DNA of 63,878 nt, filler included, from Phoronis australis (taxonomy: Eukaryota > Animalia > Phoronida): assembly GCA_002633005.1 (NCBI GenBank). It is 6 parts of 6 records of this genome, joined end to end, with 100 filler letters (N's around TTAATTAATTAA, not from the genome) between each part and the next. Parts side by side here need not be neighbours in the genome. Positions count along the whole stretch, not along the records: positions 1 to 18,029 come from NMRA01000173.1; positions 18,130 to 45,357 come from NMRA01000014.1; 4 more parts are not named here. One strand, 5' to 3'. Below, one piece after another: positions 11,473-24,439 of the stretch. Both the position numbers and the translations under genes were made by a program. The notes below the pieces were generated by a model that was not told where the DNA came from, searched no databases, and was given only the letters and a program-made list of their open reading frames with translations. Each line of letters opens with the position of its first letter. Position 1 is the first letter of the stretch.

Positions 11473-13299
11473 AAGTAACAAATTATTTTCCCGGATGATG
11501 GATTTACTTCAAAATATAATACTTGAACTCTCATTGCCACTTTATTTTCTTCTCATGGTCGCAAACTTCAGGAACCACACTGCCTTCGGAACCTCCGCTT
11601 TTTGGGATGTTGTCTACCACACTGCAGTGCACTAGATAAAGCATGTCTTTGAAAAAATCAAGCCACAGAATTGTGACGGGTGGTTTTGCCTACACTCCCA
11701 ATTCGATTTAGAAGGGAAGCTCTTGGATTTTCAACAATTCTCATACCTCACGGAAAGTGGTCAAATTCTCCTATTGTGATGAAATTCCCCGCCTTAGCTT
11801 TCTGGAGATGTATTTGCAGGGTTAATTTGCTGCCTACGTTATTACTGGGTATTTGTGTGTGATCTTGAAATAATAAAAAAATGCAAACCAGCAGATTTTA
11901 CCAATGTCACTGGCAGTTGTTGTTGTGGAGTGCCCTGGAGCTTAACTGAAATTTCTCGAAACATATTAGAAGAGCAGTAGGCGCTTACCGTATTTCCTAA
12001 AAAAATCAAAGGTGTTATAGACGAATACTATACGTGAATGTTTGCGGTAATAAGAAACTAAATGACTGCAATAGCAAGAAATTCTATTACGATGCAATTT
12101 CTTGGGGCAAACTGCTCCACCTAGGCCTGTTTGTGTTGATATATAGTTTCCACCTATACCTATATAGCCACCCGGAATAATTTCAAGTTTGTTTCTACGC
12201 TGGTCAGCTTGAACCAGAACAAAATTCTTCGAGCCTGAAAAATCTACGTGGTCGACTGGCGACGTGGGGAAGGAAACTTGGCGCTAGTGGGAGGGGGTTG
12301 TGCGGAGAGGAGAATAAAAAATATTGCTAGAAGGTGGCTACGGGCCTGGAATATCGAGCCTAGAGCCACGCGGTTCTGGGGAACATTGGGGCCAAGGAAT
12401 ATCGCAAAGCAACGGGTCTTTTATAACCCCCGGGTGTCTAAGTTCAATGTCAAGTAAATTAACACCTGGGTCGCTGAAACTTATCTGGTACACAGTCGAG
12501 CAGGTGTGCATTCAGTAACACTAGGACCTACGCTAGGACACTAGCTAAAATCTAGCCAAAGTCACCGTGTTCTCATTTAAAATACACGGCAATATCTCGC
12601 GTCAAGAATCTCGCAAAGTCTTGCTTTTTAGCGAGGTCCTAGCGTTACTGAATGGGAGGCAGGTGTACTCATTTAGCATTGTCGCTATTCTCGTTTGATG
12701 GGCCACTTTGAAGTGGCGCGTGTGTGTTCCCACACTTGAATAGCTGGAGGGCATGTTACATTGACAGCAACACATGTGAGTGACAGATGACTCATACATA
12801 TGCGCGTGCTCAGCCCCAGAAAGTATAGTAGGGCTGGAGAATTTGTTTGCTGTCTTGCCAGAAAAAGACGCATTTCCAAACGGCGAGATCGACCAGTACC
12901 GCAGTGAGTGTTGGGGATATTGTAATCAGGACAGCTTGCATGAAAAATAAATGTTTTTTTCATCACAAAGTTTGTCACTAGTGAATGAAACATCGCTGTG
13001 ATGTTTTTAATTTATCACATATTGATGCCGCGGTTCGAATTTTTTGTTGACTTATCCAAAAATTTGCAAAAGTAGCCGAAAACACAAGCCAATGAAACGC
13101 GTCAAAGATCGGTGCTGAATTATCCAGAGACATTATCCCGTGTTCACGCAACACATTTACAACTTAATGAAGAGGGCCGAGTGTTTAAGTTGGTTTATGG
13201 AAACAACCAAATAACGGCCGGATTTGCACAAGTGCCAGGTATCTACTTGCCGCCAAAAGCTAGCCTAGGCTCGCGTTCTTGGGAATTTCCAGATTGCAT

Positions 13300-14846
13300 G
13301 ATGTGACTTGATACGAAATGACCAGTCTCAGCTCGCCGAGTTGATTACAACCATCACCGAACTAGCTTACTCGCTGAGTAGGCATCGCTGGTTAGAGCTA
13401 GTCACTAACTTACCGCAGCTACTGATTACCCGAATAATTGGCGATTTGTTTACAAGTTATTTTTACCGACAAAGATACGTATATGAACTCGACCACCCAC
13501 TGTACGAGTTATTTTTTTCCCAAGAATCCCCACTGTATGGGTTCTTTAGACTCATCCCGAGTCAAAGTCTTAACATATTAAGCAAATACTTGCTGTTGAG
13601 TAATGCCCTTGCAGTAACTTTTGATTGACGACTGGCTCAGGTTTGCTTACCTCTGATTCTCATCGTTATTACGTTGCGTGTTTCACACAATGGCAACTGA
13701 TTAGAAGTTAGCCGCGCCGGACATTCGAGATAAGACAGCCGCATTAAACCTTACGTTGACAATTCATTGGGTTGCGGAGTCTAGAACATAAACATTCCCA
13801 ACCATAAAAACGCCTGAATTAATTAGTTTTTCAAGCATTTATTTCGCCAAACAACTCATTAATTGCTCTCTGAACTCAGAACTTTAATTACAGCTAATAC
13901 GCACATAGTTCTACTCATGTCATGAGACCACTATGGCCATAAATTTAATCCTTGTGTTGTAAACTCCGCAATACGTGAAGATTGCACGTGCGCACTTCGC
14001 GCCATCAAACTGGAGCACTGTATAGTCATTTGCCGTCTGCGCAGTAGTCACCGGANGATGCGACTTGATACGAAATGACCAGTCTCAGCTCGCATTTCCA
14101 AATTTCAGTCGCGAATGACTGGCACCGAGTTGATTACAACCATCACCGAACTAGCTTACTCGCTGAGTGGACATTACTGGTTAGAGCTCAAGTCACTAAC
14201 TTACCGCAGCTACCGATTACCCGAATAATTGGCGATTTGTTTACAAGTTATTTTTACCGACAAAGATACGTATATGAACTCGACCACCCACTGTACGAGT
14301 TATTTTTTTCCCAAGAACCCCCACTGTATGGGTTCTTTAGACTCATCCCGAGTCAAAGTCTTAACATATTAAGCAAATACTTGCTGTTGAGTAATGCCCT
14401 TGCAGTAACTTTTGATTGACGACTGGCTCAGGTTTGCTTACCTCCGATTCTCATCGTTATTACGTAGCGTGTTTCACACAATGGCAACTGATTAGAAGTT
14501 AGCCGCGCCGGACATTCGAGATAAGACGGCCGCACTAAACCTTACGTTGACAATTCATTGGGTTGCGGAGTCTAGAACATAAACATTCCCATCCATAAAA
14601 ACACCTGAATTAATTAGTTTTTCAAGCATTTATTTCACCAAACAACTCATTAATTGCTCTCTGAACTCAGAACTTTAATTACAGCTAATACGCACATAGT
14701 TCTACTCATGTCATGAGACCACTATGGCCATAAATTTAATCCTTGTGTTGTAAACTCGGCAATACGTGAAGATTGCACGCGCGCACTTCGCGCCATCAAA
14801 CTGGAGCACTGTATAGTCATTTGCCGTCTGCGCAGTAGTCACCGGA
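13300..14846. repeat. Near-identical tandem duplication 13300-14055 / 14057-14846 around a single n
   Basis: Copies differ by a few SNPs and small indels (one about 30 bp); the junction is a contig join. Confidence 0.95.
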
Positions 14847-16585
14847 ATCAGGGGGTGGCACGGTACTGTTACTCCACAATTTTGTAAATTTATTCGTGTA
14901 GTACTAATCTGAGGGTAACAGAACCTTGTTGAGAAAATCCGCTGTTATTGCAATTTTACTGCCATTTGGTGACACTGGAAAATCTTATCGCTATTTCCAC
15001 ATTTTCTATCACCAAAAATGGCGATCTGAGAAACGACTTTTGTTGCTCTAAGCTAGTGTTATGTAAATAACGATTCCCATCACCTGAATAGAATTGGCGC
15101 TTATGGATTTGTGTTCTTTTATAAGAATGAAAATTTCCATTTTACCGATCCAAAAAGCTTGTATGAATTATTTTTTCCGACGCAAATATGTGTACAAACT
15201 ATTTTTCCCTCGGAGACAAATGGCCTGTTTCAAGAGTCCTGTACAAACTAATAGAGTGTACAAATTAATAGAGAAAACACCGTAAGCTACTTTGATGTCT
15301 AAGTGAAAGCTTTGTGAAGCATTCTGTCTGAATTCAGTTTGAAAATGTTTGATGTACTGTTTCCAATAAGAACCATTGTGTGCACAGGGTTGAACAATTT
15401 TCTGTCTTTTACTAACTCATGGGATGAATTTTCTTACAAGAATTACCAAAGCAGACTGTGATAATGCAATGTGAATTTGTGTGTTATCTATTATATAAAA
15501 TGCATCGTTCACCCAAACTCCATCTTCGCCGCTCCACTACAGACTTTCCTTGCGCCCGTTTCGACACCGCCTTTGTCCTAGGTAGTGCACCGGGCCTCTG
15601 TTTAGACTCGAGGAGTTACATTTCTTTCTCGCGGGCCTTTTTTGTGGATGCGGAGGGGGGTGGCCAGTTTCGTACTGGCTTTGGTGACGTCAGTCCGTCA
15701 GCTCAACGGCCTGGGTGACGTCAGTTTGTCAGCTTAATTTCACTTCCTCTGACTTCCATCGCATTTATACTTCTTCGGGCCTGTCACCGCTAAAATTAGT
15801 GTCATTGCAACGAGGTGGCGAGCTGAGCTACCCTGGTTGTGTGAAGTTTCGGTGTGTAATGGAGCTCAAGACACAGCTACCCAGCTGTAAGTTGACAGTT
15901 TTTGTCTTCATACAGCTAGCTGGCTTTCTACCTCACTATGTACATTTATGATGTGACTTTTGTAAATCCATTGTATGCTGTACAATGGTAGTATTTTTAA
16001 TGCTTCTTTAGTTTTCAATCTAAAGAATAGCTGGTTACTGTACATTATGTTATGACAGGGTCAAATATTCTGGAAAGGAAAAATATTTTTACTGCCTGGG
16101 GAAAGACTCCCACAGCCTCACACCCTGCCTAAAGCTGAAAAATTCTGATTAAAGCTTTAAAATAAAATGGTCTCTTCAAGAAGTCCCTGTCTCTTGCACT
16201 CTTGCAATGAACACTAATGTTCACTTGACGGTGTAGCTATTTCCCCTCGGCATTTCCCTTACATTGGCTGCTACCTGTGCTTAAGCACGGGTAATGGCTT
16301 GTTGCAATATATTTGATATTTGTTCATAATTTTATATATCATGTTTTTACTCGTTGGTATAATAGTGATTTCCATTAGCCCCTTGAGTAATTGATTGATT
16401 AATTGAAGCTCAATGCTGTAATGTCTTTCCAAGATCACATTTTTGTTTGAAGTGGTTGTATAACAAACAGTTGTAGACTGTGATAATAATTTGGTGAAAA
16501 ATACTGATGATGGCATGCATTATCAGCTTTGTTTCATAATTACTATTGAAATATTATGAGTGTCATTCAATTTTATTTCTTGTAG

Positions 16586-16703
16586 AACGGTAGACAGTCA
16601 ACAACAGCTAGCTGTTGAGTACATCAACAAATGTTACGTGCAATTTCTCTCCTCACTTCATAAAACCCGCCCTCCACAAACGGATCCTCTGGTTCACAGT
16701 CGA
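16586..16703 (+). CDS. HEATR6: HEATR6 internal exon (K-TVDSQQQLAVEYINKCYVQFLSSLHKTRPPQTDPLVHSR)
   Basis: ttgtag|...|gtaagc, 118 bp, phase 2-0, compatible with the previous exon; matches L...Y.N.C...FL..L. Confidence 0.85.
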
Positions 16704-16960
16704 GTAAGCAAGCACTGGCATTTGGTAATACTGAATTGTGCTTTGTATGTCACAAACACAACATGATTAATGCAGTGACTGGTGATATAAACTGTAGACA
16801 GATTTTTTGTTTGCCATCTGGTTTGCTGAGTGAAAGAAAACATGTATTCTCTTCATTAAACAAAGTAATGGGGATATTTGATGACAGGCTCACATTGCAT
16901 TGGAGGACATGCACTTGATACCTCATAGTTGAGACAGTGAACATCAGATATCCTAATGTA

Positions 16961-17133
16961 CTTGTTACAAGTGGCAACAGGGGTCTGACTTGTTACAAGT
17001 GGCAACAGGGGTCTGGCTTGTTACAAGTGGCAACAGGCATCTGGCTTGTTACAAGTGGCAACAGGGGTCTGGCTTGTTACAAGTGGCAACAGGGGTCTGG
17101 CTTGTTACAAGTGGCAACAGGGGTCTGACTTGT
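16961..17133. repeat. 28-bp minisatellite x6
   Basis: Unit CTTGTTACAAGTGGCAACAGGGGTCTGG. Confidence 0.95.
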
Positions 17134-17351
17134 TTCACAAACCTGGCATAATTCCATTTTAGAAACTGAAGAGTCTTGTTTAAAAGTGATTACGGCAAAT
17201 CCCAGATATTCACAGCATTGATAAGTTCACAGTTTAATATTTTGAAAGTGGTGTGATTTCACCGTAACAGATGAAAACATTGTTGGTCACAAAATAGATC
17301 ATTATGACATTTGACCGTTGTTTAATAATAGACTACTGAAATGTGAGCGCC

Positions 17352-18029
17352 TGTGTCACTTTGTGGTTGATATGTGTTCATATATGTCACTTTGTGGTTG
17401 ATATGTGTTTATATGTGCCACTATGTGGTTGATATGTGTTCGTATGTGTCACTATGTGGTTGATATGTGTTCGTATGTGTCACTATGTGGTTGATATGTG
17501 TTCATATGTGTCACTATGTGGTTGATATGTGTTTATATGTGCCACTATGTGGTTGATATGTGTTTGTATGTGTCACTATGTGGTTGATATGTGTTCGTAT
17601 GTGTCACTATGTGGTTGATATGTGTTCATATGTGTCACTATGTGGTTGATATGTGTTTATATGTGCCACTATGTGGTTGATATGTGTTTGTATGTGTCAC
17701 TATGTGGTTGATATGTGTTCGTATGTGTCACTATGTGGTTGATATGTGTTCATATGTGTCACTATGTGGTTGATATGTGTTTATATGTGCCACTATGTGG
17801 TTGATATGTGTTTGTATGTGTCACTATGTGGTTGATATGTGTTCGTATGTGTCACTATGTGGTTGATATGTGTTCATATGTGTCACTATGTGGTTGATAT
17901 GTGTTTATATGTGCCACTATGTGGTTGATATGTGTTTGTATGTGTCACTATGTGGTTGATATGTGTTCGTATGTGTCACTATGTGGTTGATATGTGTTCA
18001 TATGTGTCACTATGTGGTTGATATGTGTT
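17352..18029. repeat. 31-bp satellite with a 4-monomer (124-bp) higher-order period, running into a gap
   Basis: Unit TGTCACTATGTGGTTGATATGTGTTYRTATG; the variants CATA, TATA(+GCC), TGTA and CGTA cycle in fixed order. Confidence 0.95.
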
Positions 18030-19214
18030 NNNNNNNNNNNNNNNNNNNNNNNNNNNNNNNNNNNNNNNNNNNNTTAATTAATTAANNNNNNNNNNNNNNN
18101 NNNNNNNNNNNNNNNNNNNNNNNNNNNNNTTATTTTGGGAGCACTCCCACCCAGGACAATATGAATATGTGCTGCTAGCCTACCCGGCATCGGGTGAGTT
18201 TCCGAAAAGAAACACTTAGTTCCACTCAATAAAACTGTTATTCAGTGGGGTAACTGGTGGGGATAACATCACCGAACGATGTTGATAGAAACTGATTGCT
18301 AAAAACTTGCCAAGTAATGTTGTGTAGTCTCCGAATGGAACTGTATAGTCATAGACATAGAGAGCACACACGGGGCTTCAGCATCCACACACTTTTTGTC
18401 AGTTAGTTGACCCTGTTGACCGCAATTGTCCACGAATATAGTAACCTTAGGTCTTTTGGGAATTTGTAACCACCTGTCGAAGACTTGCACCAGGGAAATT
18501 AGCAGTAATAAGGCTTAGCGCGACGACGTATTTTGATAAAAATTCCATCTTTTACCAATTGTTTACATGCAGACAGCCACGCATGCGCAATTCAATCACC
18601 ACTAGTACAGCAGCGACACCACGAGGAGAACTCTCCGAATAGCCCCATTGCACGAAATTTTGTACATGAGCATAACAATCTATTATTAATATACAATAAA
18701 CGTAATTACTATGATACACTGTGTTTTTGCTCCTTGACAGGAAAGATACTTTTGTAATTAACTCAAAAAAGTCAGTGCCAAATTACCCTACTTAATTATA
18801 CAAAATGCCATCATCAAGGATGGTGACACTCACTTGTCAATCTATGTATACAGGAGTACGTTTTCAAGGGTTGTGTCATAAAAAATTGTCGGTTGGGTGC
18901 TACAATTTGTGAAGTAAAGACGGTGTTTTCAAGTGCTGAAAAAAGTTAATTGGGGTTAATTACAACATGTTGTGCACAGAGTCTTGACTGCAGTCGAATA
19001 AACTACAGCGTTTGGAATGCGCTGAAAGAGAATGTGTACCAAGGTTGTATACGTTGTATTATGATCAATAACCTAAACCTGCAAGACATTTTCTTTACTT
19101 AAAACGTATATGTCAGTATCAAAATGACAGAACACTAGGTGACAGTATGACACATGAACGTTTAGGTTACATTTCCACCCAAGAATGTTATGTTCATTAC
19201 ACTACCGCCTCAGT

Positions 19215-20930
19215 TCAATCCTCATCACTGTCTTCAAGTTGCTCAGAGACTTGGTTTAGCGGATTGTCACAATATGTCGCCTGGCACAATCCATATGCAG
19301 GTCTACATACAAGCCCATTCCTCCAGCAGTTGCAACGGAGAATACTACAAGCTGAGGTGCAGTTGCAGTGTATCATGTTCAGTAGAGTGTTTGGTGCAGC
19401 ATTCATGGCAATCATGATGGGTACGATTTTCTTCAAGTCCCCTGCCCCAGTCTAGAGGATCCATCCCCATCCAAACCATGACCTGGTAGTACACTCGGAG
19501 ACAATGAAACCTGGTGGGAGACGTTCGGGAGTAACGAAAGACTTGGCGGTAGCAACTTTCTTGGTGAATATGTTGTTACACATGGCTGCCAGAGAACACG
19601 TTCTCTCCCTACCAATCATTGCGACCATCGCTCGACTGCCAAGTTCCTCTATCTCAGCCGGATTCGCATTTTTTCGCGGTGAAGGTGTGTGCGCACGTTT
19701 AGAGGACTTGGTCGTCTTTCACGAGTTTCTGAAAGACTGAAGATTGCAAACGGCATACACATGAGACGTTGAGTTGCATCCTGCGAAGGAGCGCAGGAAC
19801 AGTAGCTGGGTACTCAACTTAATCCCAGCACTTCATCCAATTTATGTCGTATACTTTCAGATGGGTTCTTGACTGGTTGCCTGATCTAAAAAATAGTGGT
19901 TTCCCCCATTAGCCATGTAGTACGGGAGCAAAGGCACCAACAGGTCAATGTCGTCGCCGATTACTGAGGTGGACTGCATAATTGCACTGTCAATTGCTAT
20001 CTTTGCAATGTCCACATCAGCGTCCCCTTCTCCCTGAACGACTGTGTATCCCTTTTCTGCAGCTTCACTTATTAAGGCGATCAGTAGTTGCTTGTTACTC
20101 CCGATGAATAGGAATTGATCTCCCTTTTTTCCATCAAATTTGGTTTCTCCAGTAAAGTTCACAGTCGGATACCTGCTGGTCTGTCTCCGTCTCTGCTGAG
20201 TTTTATCCTCTATGGACGAACATGCACCATAGCCATCAAAGACAACGGCGGCTGCTTCATAGTGCTTTGCTGTTAAGTCAGCATATGCTCCGGCAATTTC
20301 CCCTATGTATCTGTCTTCTTCCATTTGAGCCCCATCAGTCATAAACCTTTCAGTCTGGAGATGTACTGAAGGTGTGGAGACTGGTGCTCCATCACGTGCG
20401 TGGGCCTTGGAACAGTGGCCAATGACGGCTTGAGCCAGTTGAGGTTTGTTTGCCTTCCTCAAGATCATTTTGTCCTCAGAGAAGGGATGATGGGTATGCA
20501 CTGAGCTCAAAACTCATCACTTCCTCAAGAAACAAGTCACTCGACCGGTATACTACCAGGAATCGCTGGAAGTGCAGGCTAGGACCGATGGTTCTGTAAG
20601 GACCGATCTGGACAGCAGCTGTGTTTCTCAGAGCTTTCGTTTTCCTCTTAAACGAGAAAGAAAACGGAGGTTGTCCGACCATTATCTAAGGAGAAGGGTG
20701 AAAATGCGGTCAACCTTGTGCTTATCTTCGCAAGGTCGCATGCATCTTTCAATTCTGGCACCAGTTGCTTCTTTGTGTTGTTCACTTGCTGTGTACGTGA
20801 GATCATTGAAGTCCTGCAAGGCGATGTTCACCTCTGACGTTATGGGGGCCGACATTGTCTCTAATACTCGCTGCTCCTCTGGCATCTTACTGCCATGAGT
20901 CAACCCTCTGAGCTTTTTAGCGATCTCATT
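19215..20930 (-). pseudogene. AcademX transposase/XPG(PIN)/Cys8-finger remnant
   Basis: FELSAYP.SL, LRKANKPQLA, VVFDGY...KTQQRR, GDADVDIAK...VIGDDIDLLV (PIN/XPG-like) and C-terminal CNCTSACSILRCNCWRNGLVC..CQATYCDN; many frameshifts. Confidence 0.85.
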
Positions 20931-21570
20931 AATGTTAGTTAAATGGCTCGATCACTGATGTTGGCATTTTGCCCTGGGTTTCTGGTTTATTTGTGTGGAT
21001 TTTTTAAATAAAAACTAGTGGAAAACAAATGTACACCAGACCATTTTTGTGACTTTTATGTCAAGCCAATGCTTTGGATTAAATGTTTGACCCCTTAAGT
21101 ATAAATTCATTGCTCATATTTTAAAATAATTCAGTCAGAATTCAGTCACATCTAAATGTTTTAAGATCATTCAATCAGAAACCAGTCACACCCAACCATG
21201 CTTTTCTTATAGGGGAAAATACTAAATAATGGACAAATCAGTGAACTTTTTTAATTTTAGCCGCCATCTTGAATTTCATATCAAATACTGATCACACCGG
21301 AGAATTGTTCACTTCTTAAAACCACACATTATAACCAAAAATTGTGTCTCTATCACAATTATTGAAGACGTTATATCTGTTTTTAGTGATTTCGAAATCG
21401 TGGCGGCCATCTTGGAAATGGCCCAGTTTTAACCCATCCGGAGGTCAGATTTTGGTAGACTTTTTTCCTGTTAATAAGTATACCAAGTAGGGGCTAAAAC
21501 TGTTTTACAACCTTTTGTTGTAATTTGTTGTGGGTCGGGTAGCTATTTGTCATAAATTAACCCGTTCAAA
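20930..21570 (-). mobile_element. Academ-type subterminal/terminal region
   Basis: GGCGGCCATCTTG motifs and a GATTTTGGTAGACTTTT...TTTGTTGTAATTTGTTGTGGGTC tract typical of Academ ends; the terminus is eroded. Confidence 0.5.
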
Positions 21571-22257
21571 CTGCCATCAAAGTAACCAAAAAATGACGTC
21601 GACTGATTTGATCACCATAGAGACAAATTTGCAAAAATTAATGAAGCCCCTTTATGAGGTTTATAAGATACAGCTGCATACTGCCTGTAGTCAGGCACCG
21701 TAAAATAAGGGATGGTATGTCTTTTCTATCGGTTGTTGCATGAAAACAAACAAAAAGCCCATTTATTTTATTTTTTATTTTCTTAGTCAGACAGCAAACT
21801 CGATGAAAAAGAACATTGGCAAACACCAGAACCCCGCAAACTGGCCCAAAGAGCACCTCAAAAATAGCTAAATATCAAATACACAAAACTGGGCAAAATT
21901 TAGCAAATTTTGGCACTCCTGTGAAGGTTAATTAACGGAAAATCCTTTGAAAATTTAAAGACTGTCTTCTGATAGAGACGTTCAATATCTACGTAAAGAT
22001 TATAAAGTTTTTTCTTTCCTGTTCTTTTAAGCCGTTTTAAAACAACTTTACTAATTGAATCTTTTTGAACTAAACACGGACCATTTTGGGCCAAAATATT
22101 CATGAAGCTCTAACCTATAAAATAATGGTCCAAAAAATTTCAAATAAACATTTTGAATATATCCCACCAGGATGTATGTTACACACAATTTTTTTCAAGT
22201 TCTGAGTCGGTGACCTTAGAGTCGACCATTTGGGGCTGTCGTGGAATGACAGTTGAA
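21565..22257. mobile_element. Degenerate MITE
   Basis: Imperfect inverted ends TTCAAACTGCCATC...GTCGACT / AGTCGAC...GAATGACAGTTGAA. Confidence 0.35.
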
Positions 22258-24439
22258 TAGCTCATTAGCACGAACGTCATCCAGCAAATGAATCGTAGTA
22301 ATTAGGCAAAATGCTAATTGGTATGTATTTTTTCAGACTGGAATACAACAAATTTAGCGCTAAACCTGGTGACGAAGGGAGAGTCGAGCAACTTTTTATG
22401 GAAGAGCCTACACAGATGAAACAAGCCAGGAAAAATCTGTGTAACAGGAAAATCAAAGCGTCAATTAGCTCATTGAAATTTTAAAATTTAATGCAGTCGC
22501 AACCAAATACATAGAAATCAGAATCTTCAAACGACTGTGACTAAGGCACAAAATAAAATCAAAATTGTCAAAATGATGATTATACAACCTTTGTCTGTGT
22601 TCATAAAGATCATAAAAGTCACACTTTTGATAGCCCCCTCCTGCAAAATTGGATGATTTTATAAACTACAGCGTTTTGAGGAACAATGCAGAAATCAAAG
22701 TTTCACACGAATCTTTTTAGCAATTTCTGATTCATGATGTTCATGAGTTAACCAAATTCGGACATTTTTTCTAGCCAGGGTCCAACATACTCTTAGAAGG
22801 AGCACTTCCCTCCAACTTGAAGCCTAAACGTTAAAAACGTTAGTTGAGCTGAATCTTTCAAACACATTGGTCTCAAAATTTCCTTGCCACGATAGCAATT
22901 GGTTTGGACCATCAAAAAGTGTTTTTAAAATGGCAGCTTGTCTCCTAAAAGAGAGTTTTATTTAACCCAGGGCACTGGTAAAAGCTAACAACTTCAAGAA
23001 GTCAATCCCACCGAAATAAGTCCAAAATGCCTTTTTTGGCCGTAAAACTTATTTTGTTCCTTTAAACTACACTTGTGTAAATATGGTTTTCGGCATTAAG
23101 CACGTTTGTAAACAGCACACAGCTATTCTCTTTCATTAGACCTACAAAACAATAACGTTCATTGTCTTTTGTGAATTAAGAACAAATCGCCAATTTTGCC
23201 TTTGTCTGTCACACATTGGATATATTTCCGATGAAACTTGATCAACTGGAAAATATTTGAATCATGTAAAAGGTCTAGTTTCATTTGATTCTACGATACC
23301 CATGTTCCTGCATCCAGATTCCAGGTGAAAATTGATGCATGCTATTATGAATGATCCGTGTGCATTGTGCGCGTATGTTTTTTTTTTCATTTCAGTTTTG
23401 GGTGAATTTAGAACCTGATATTATGTTTTTGAACGTGATTATTTTCATGATTCCATTATGTGCTATTGATCTCAATTTCTCACTGTTCAATAGGGGTGCA
23501 AGGTGGGGCGCAAGGTGCAGCCCAAGGTTCCAGTGATCTCACTCTCTCATTTTCCAACATGGGCGCCAGCTGTAGCACCTCAAAAATCTGGAAAGGGATA
23601 ACAATTCACAATCCGTGTGCCAGTTTCCAGTTCCAAGATTCAATCACAATTATGATTGAGATAATGGACAATTCATCATCTTGTGTTGAATTGTGTAATT
23701 TTCAACTTTCGTTTGGAAATTAGAATTTTGAAACAGGAAATATTGAATTGTTGAATTCAATAATACGTGTGCAGGATAGATGTGCTGGTTCCCAGTTTTC
23801 AGTTTCAAGGTTCAATTCAAATTGAAATGTGAAACATGAAGTAAAGGTCAATATTTCATGGTTCAGTTTTTTTATCTTTTAAAAAATGGAACTAAGAAAA
23901 TTATAATAATAAGTCAATAACCCATGGTTGCCGGAATTGTGAATCCGCGTTCAATACTCTACGACACGTGTGTCTAATTCCACACCCGTCCGCTGGGAAT
24001 TTTAGTGGGTGACAGCAGTGCCGGATTAAAGGTTTGTGGGACCTTAAGTTATCAGAAGTCCGGGTAACCCACTGGCTAATCTGAGGTAGACTATGTAGAC
24101 CTACATAGTTCAGTTCGTGTAACTTGAACTAATATATTCCTACCGGAAAAGATCTGACAATAATCTAGTCAACATTTATTCAAATGAACACAATTGACTG
24201 ATGTGCGTTAAACGTGATGCAGTAATCTGTTTGCTGTCACGATTTTGCAAAGTAAATTCTATTTTCTTGGTTTTACCACTGAAAACTCTTCAATTACATA
24301 CTTATCAAGATGAACGCCTCCGTCATTAGGTTGCTTTTTCCGTGTCTGTCGTTTCGCTGTAGCTTTATCATTTACACCAGGTCCAGGCAATTAAGATTTA
24401 GATTTAGATTTAGCTTCCTCTTTAATCTCATCAAAACAG

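Larger units (their letters stand above)
11155..15282. mobile_element. TA-flanked Tc1/mariner-type non-autonomous element (about 4.1 kb, including a probable artefactual 0.77-kb duplication)
   Basis: 28-bp TIRs CGGTGTTTTCTCTATTAATT(C/T)GTACACT at both ends; TA at 11153-11154 and 15283-15284. Confidence 0.9.

Noticed and set aside
13300-14846. Duplicated ORFs 13308-13628 and 14075-14419 as tandem genes
   Set aside because: The duplication is centred on a single-n contig join (likely allelic overlap), the ORFs lie in a non-coding TIR element, and indels between the copies break the frame.
18030-18129. TTAATTAATTAA palindrome inside N runs (also at 45358, 54811, 57716 and 61364)
   Set aside because: Identical 100-bp scaffolding linker with stops in all six frames; not biological.
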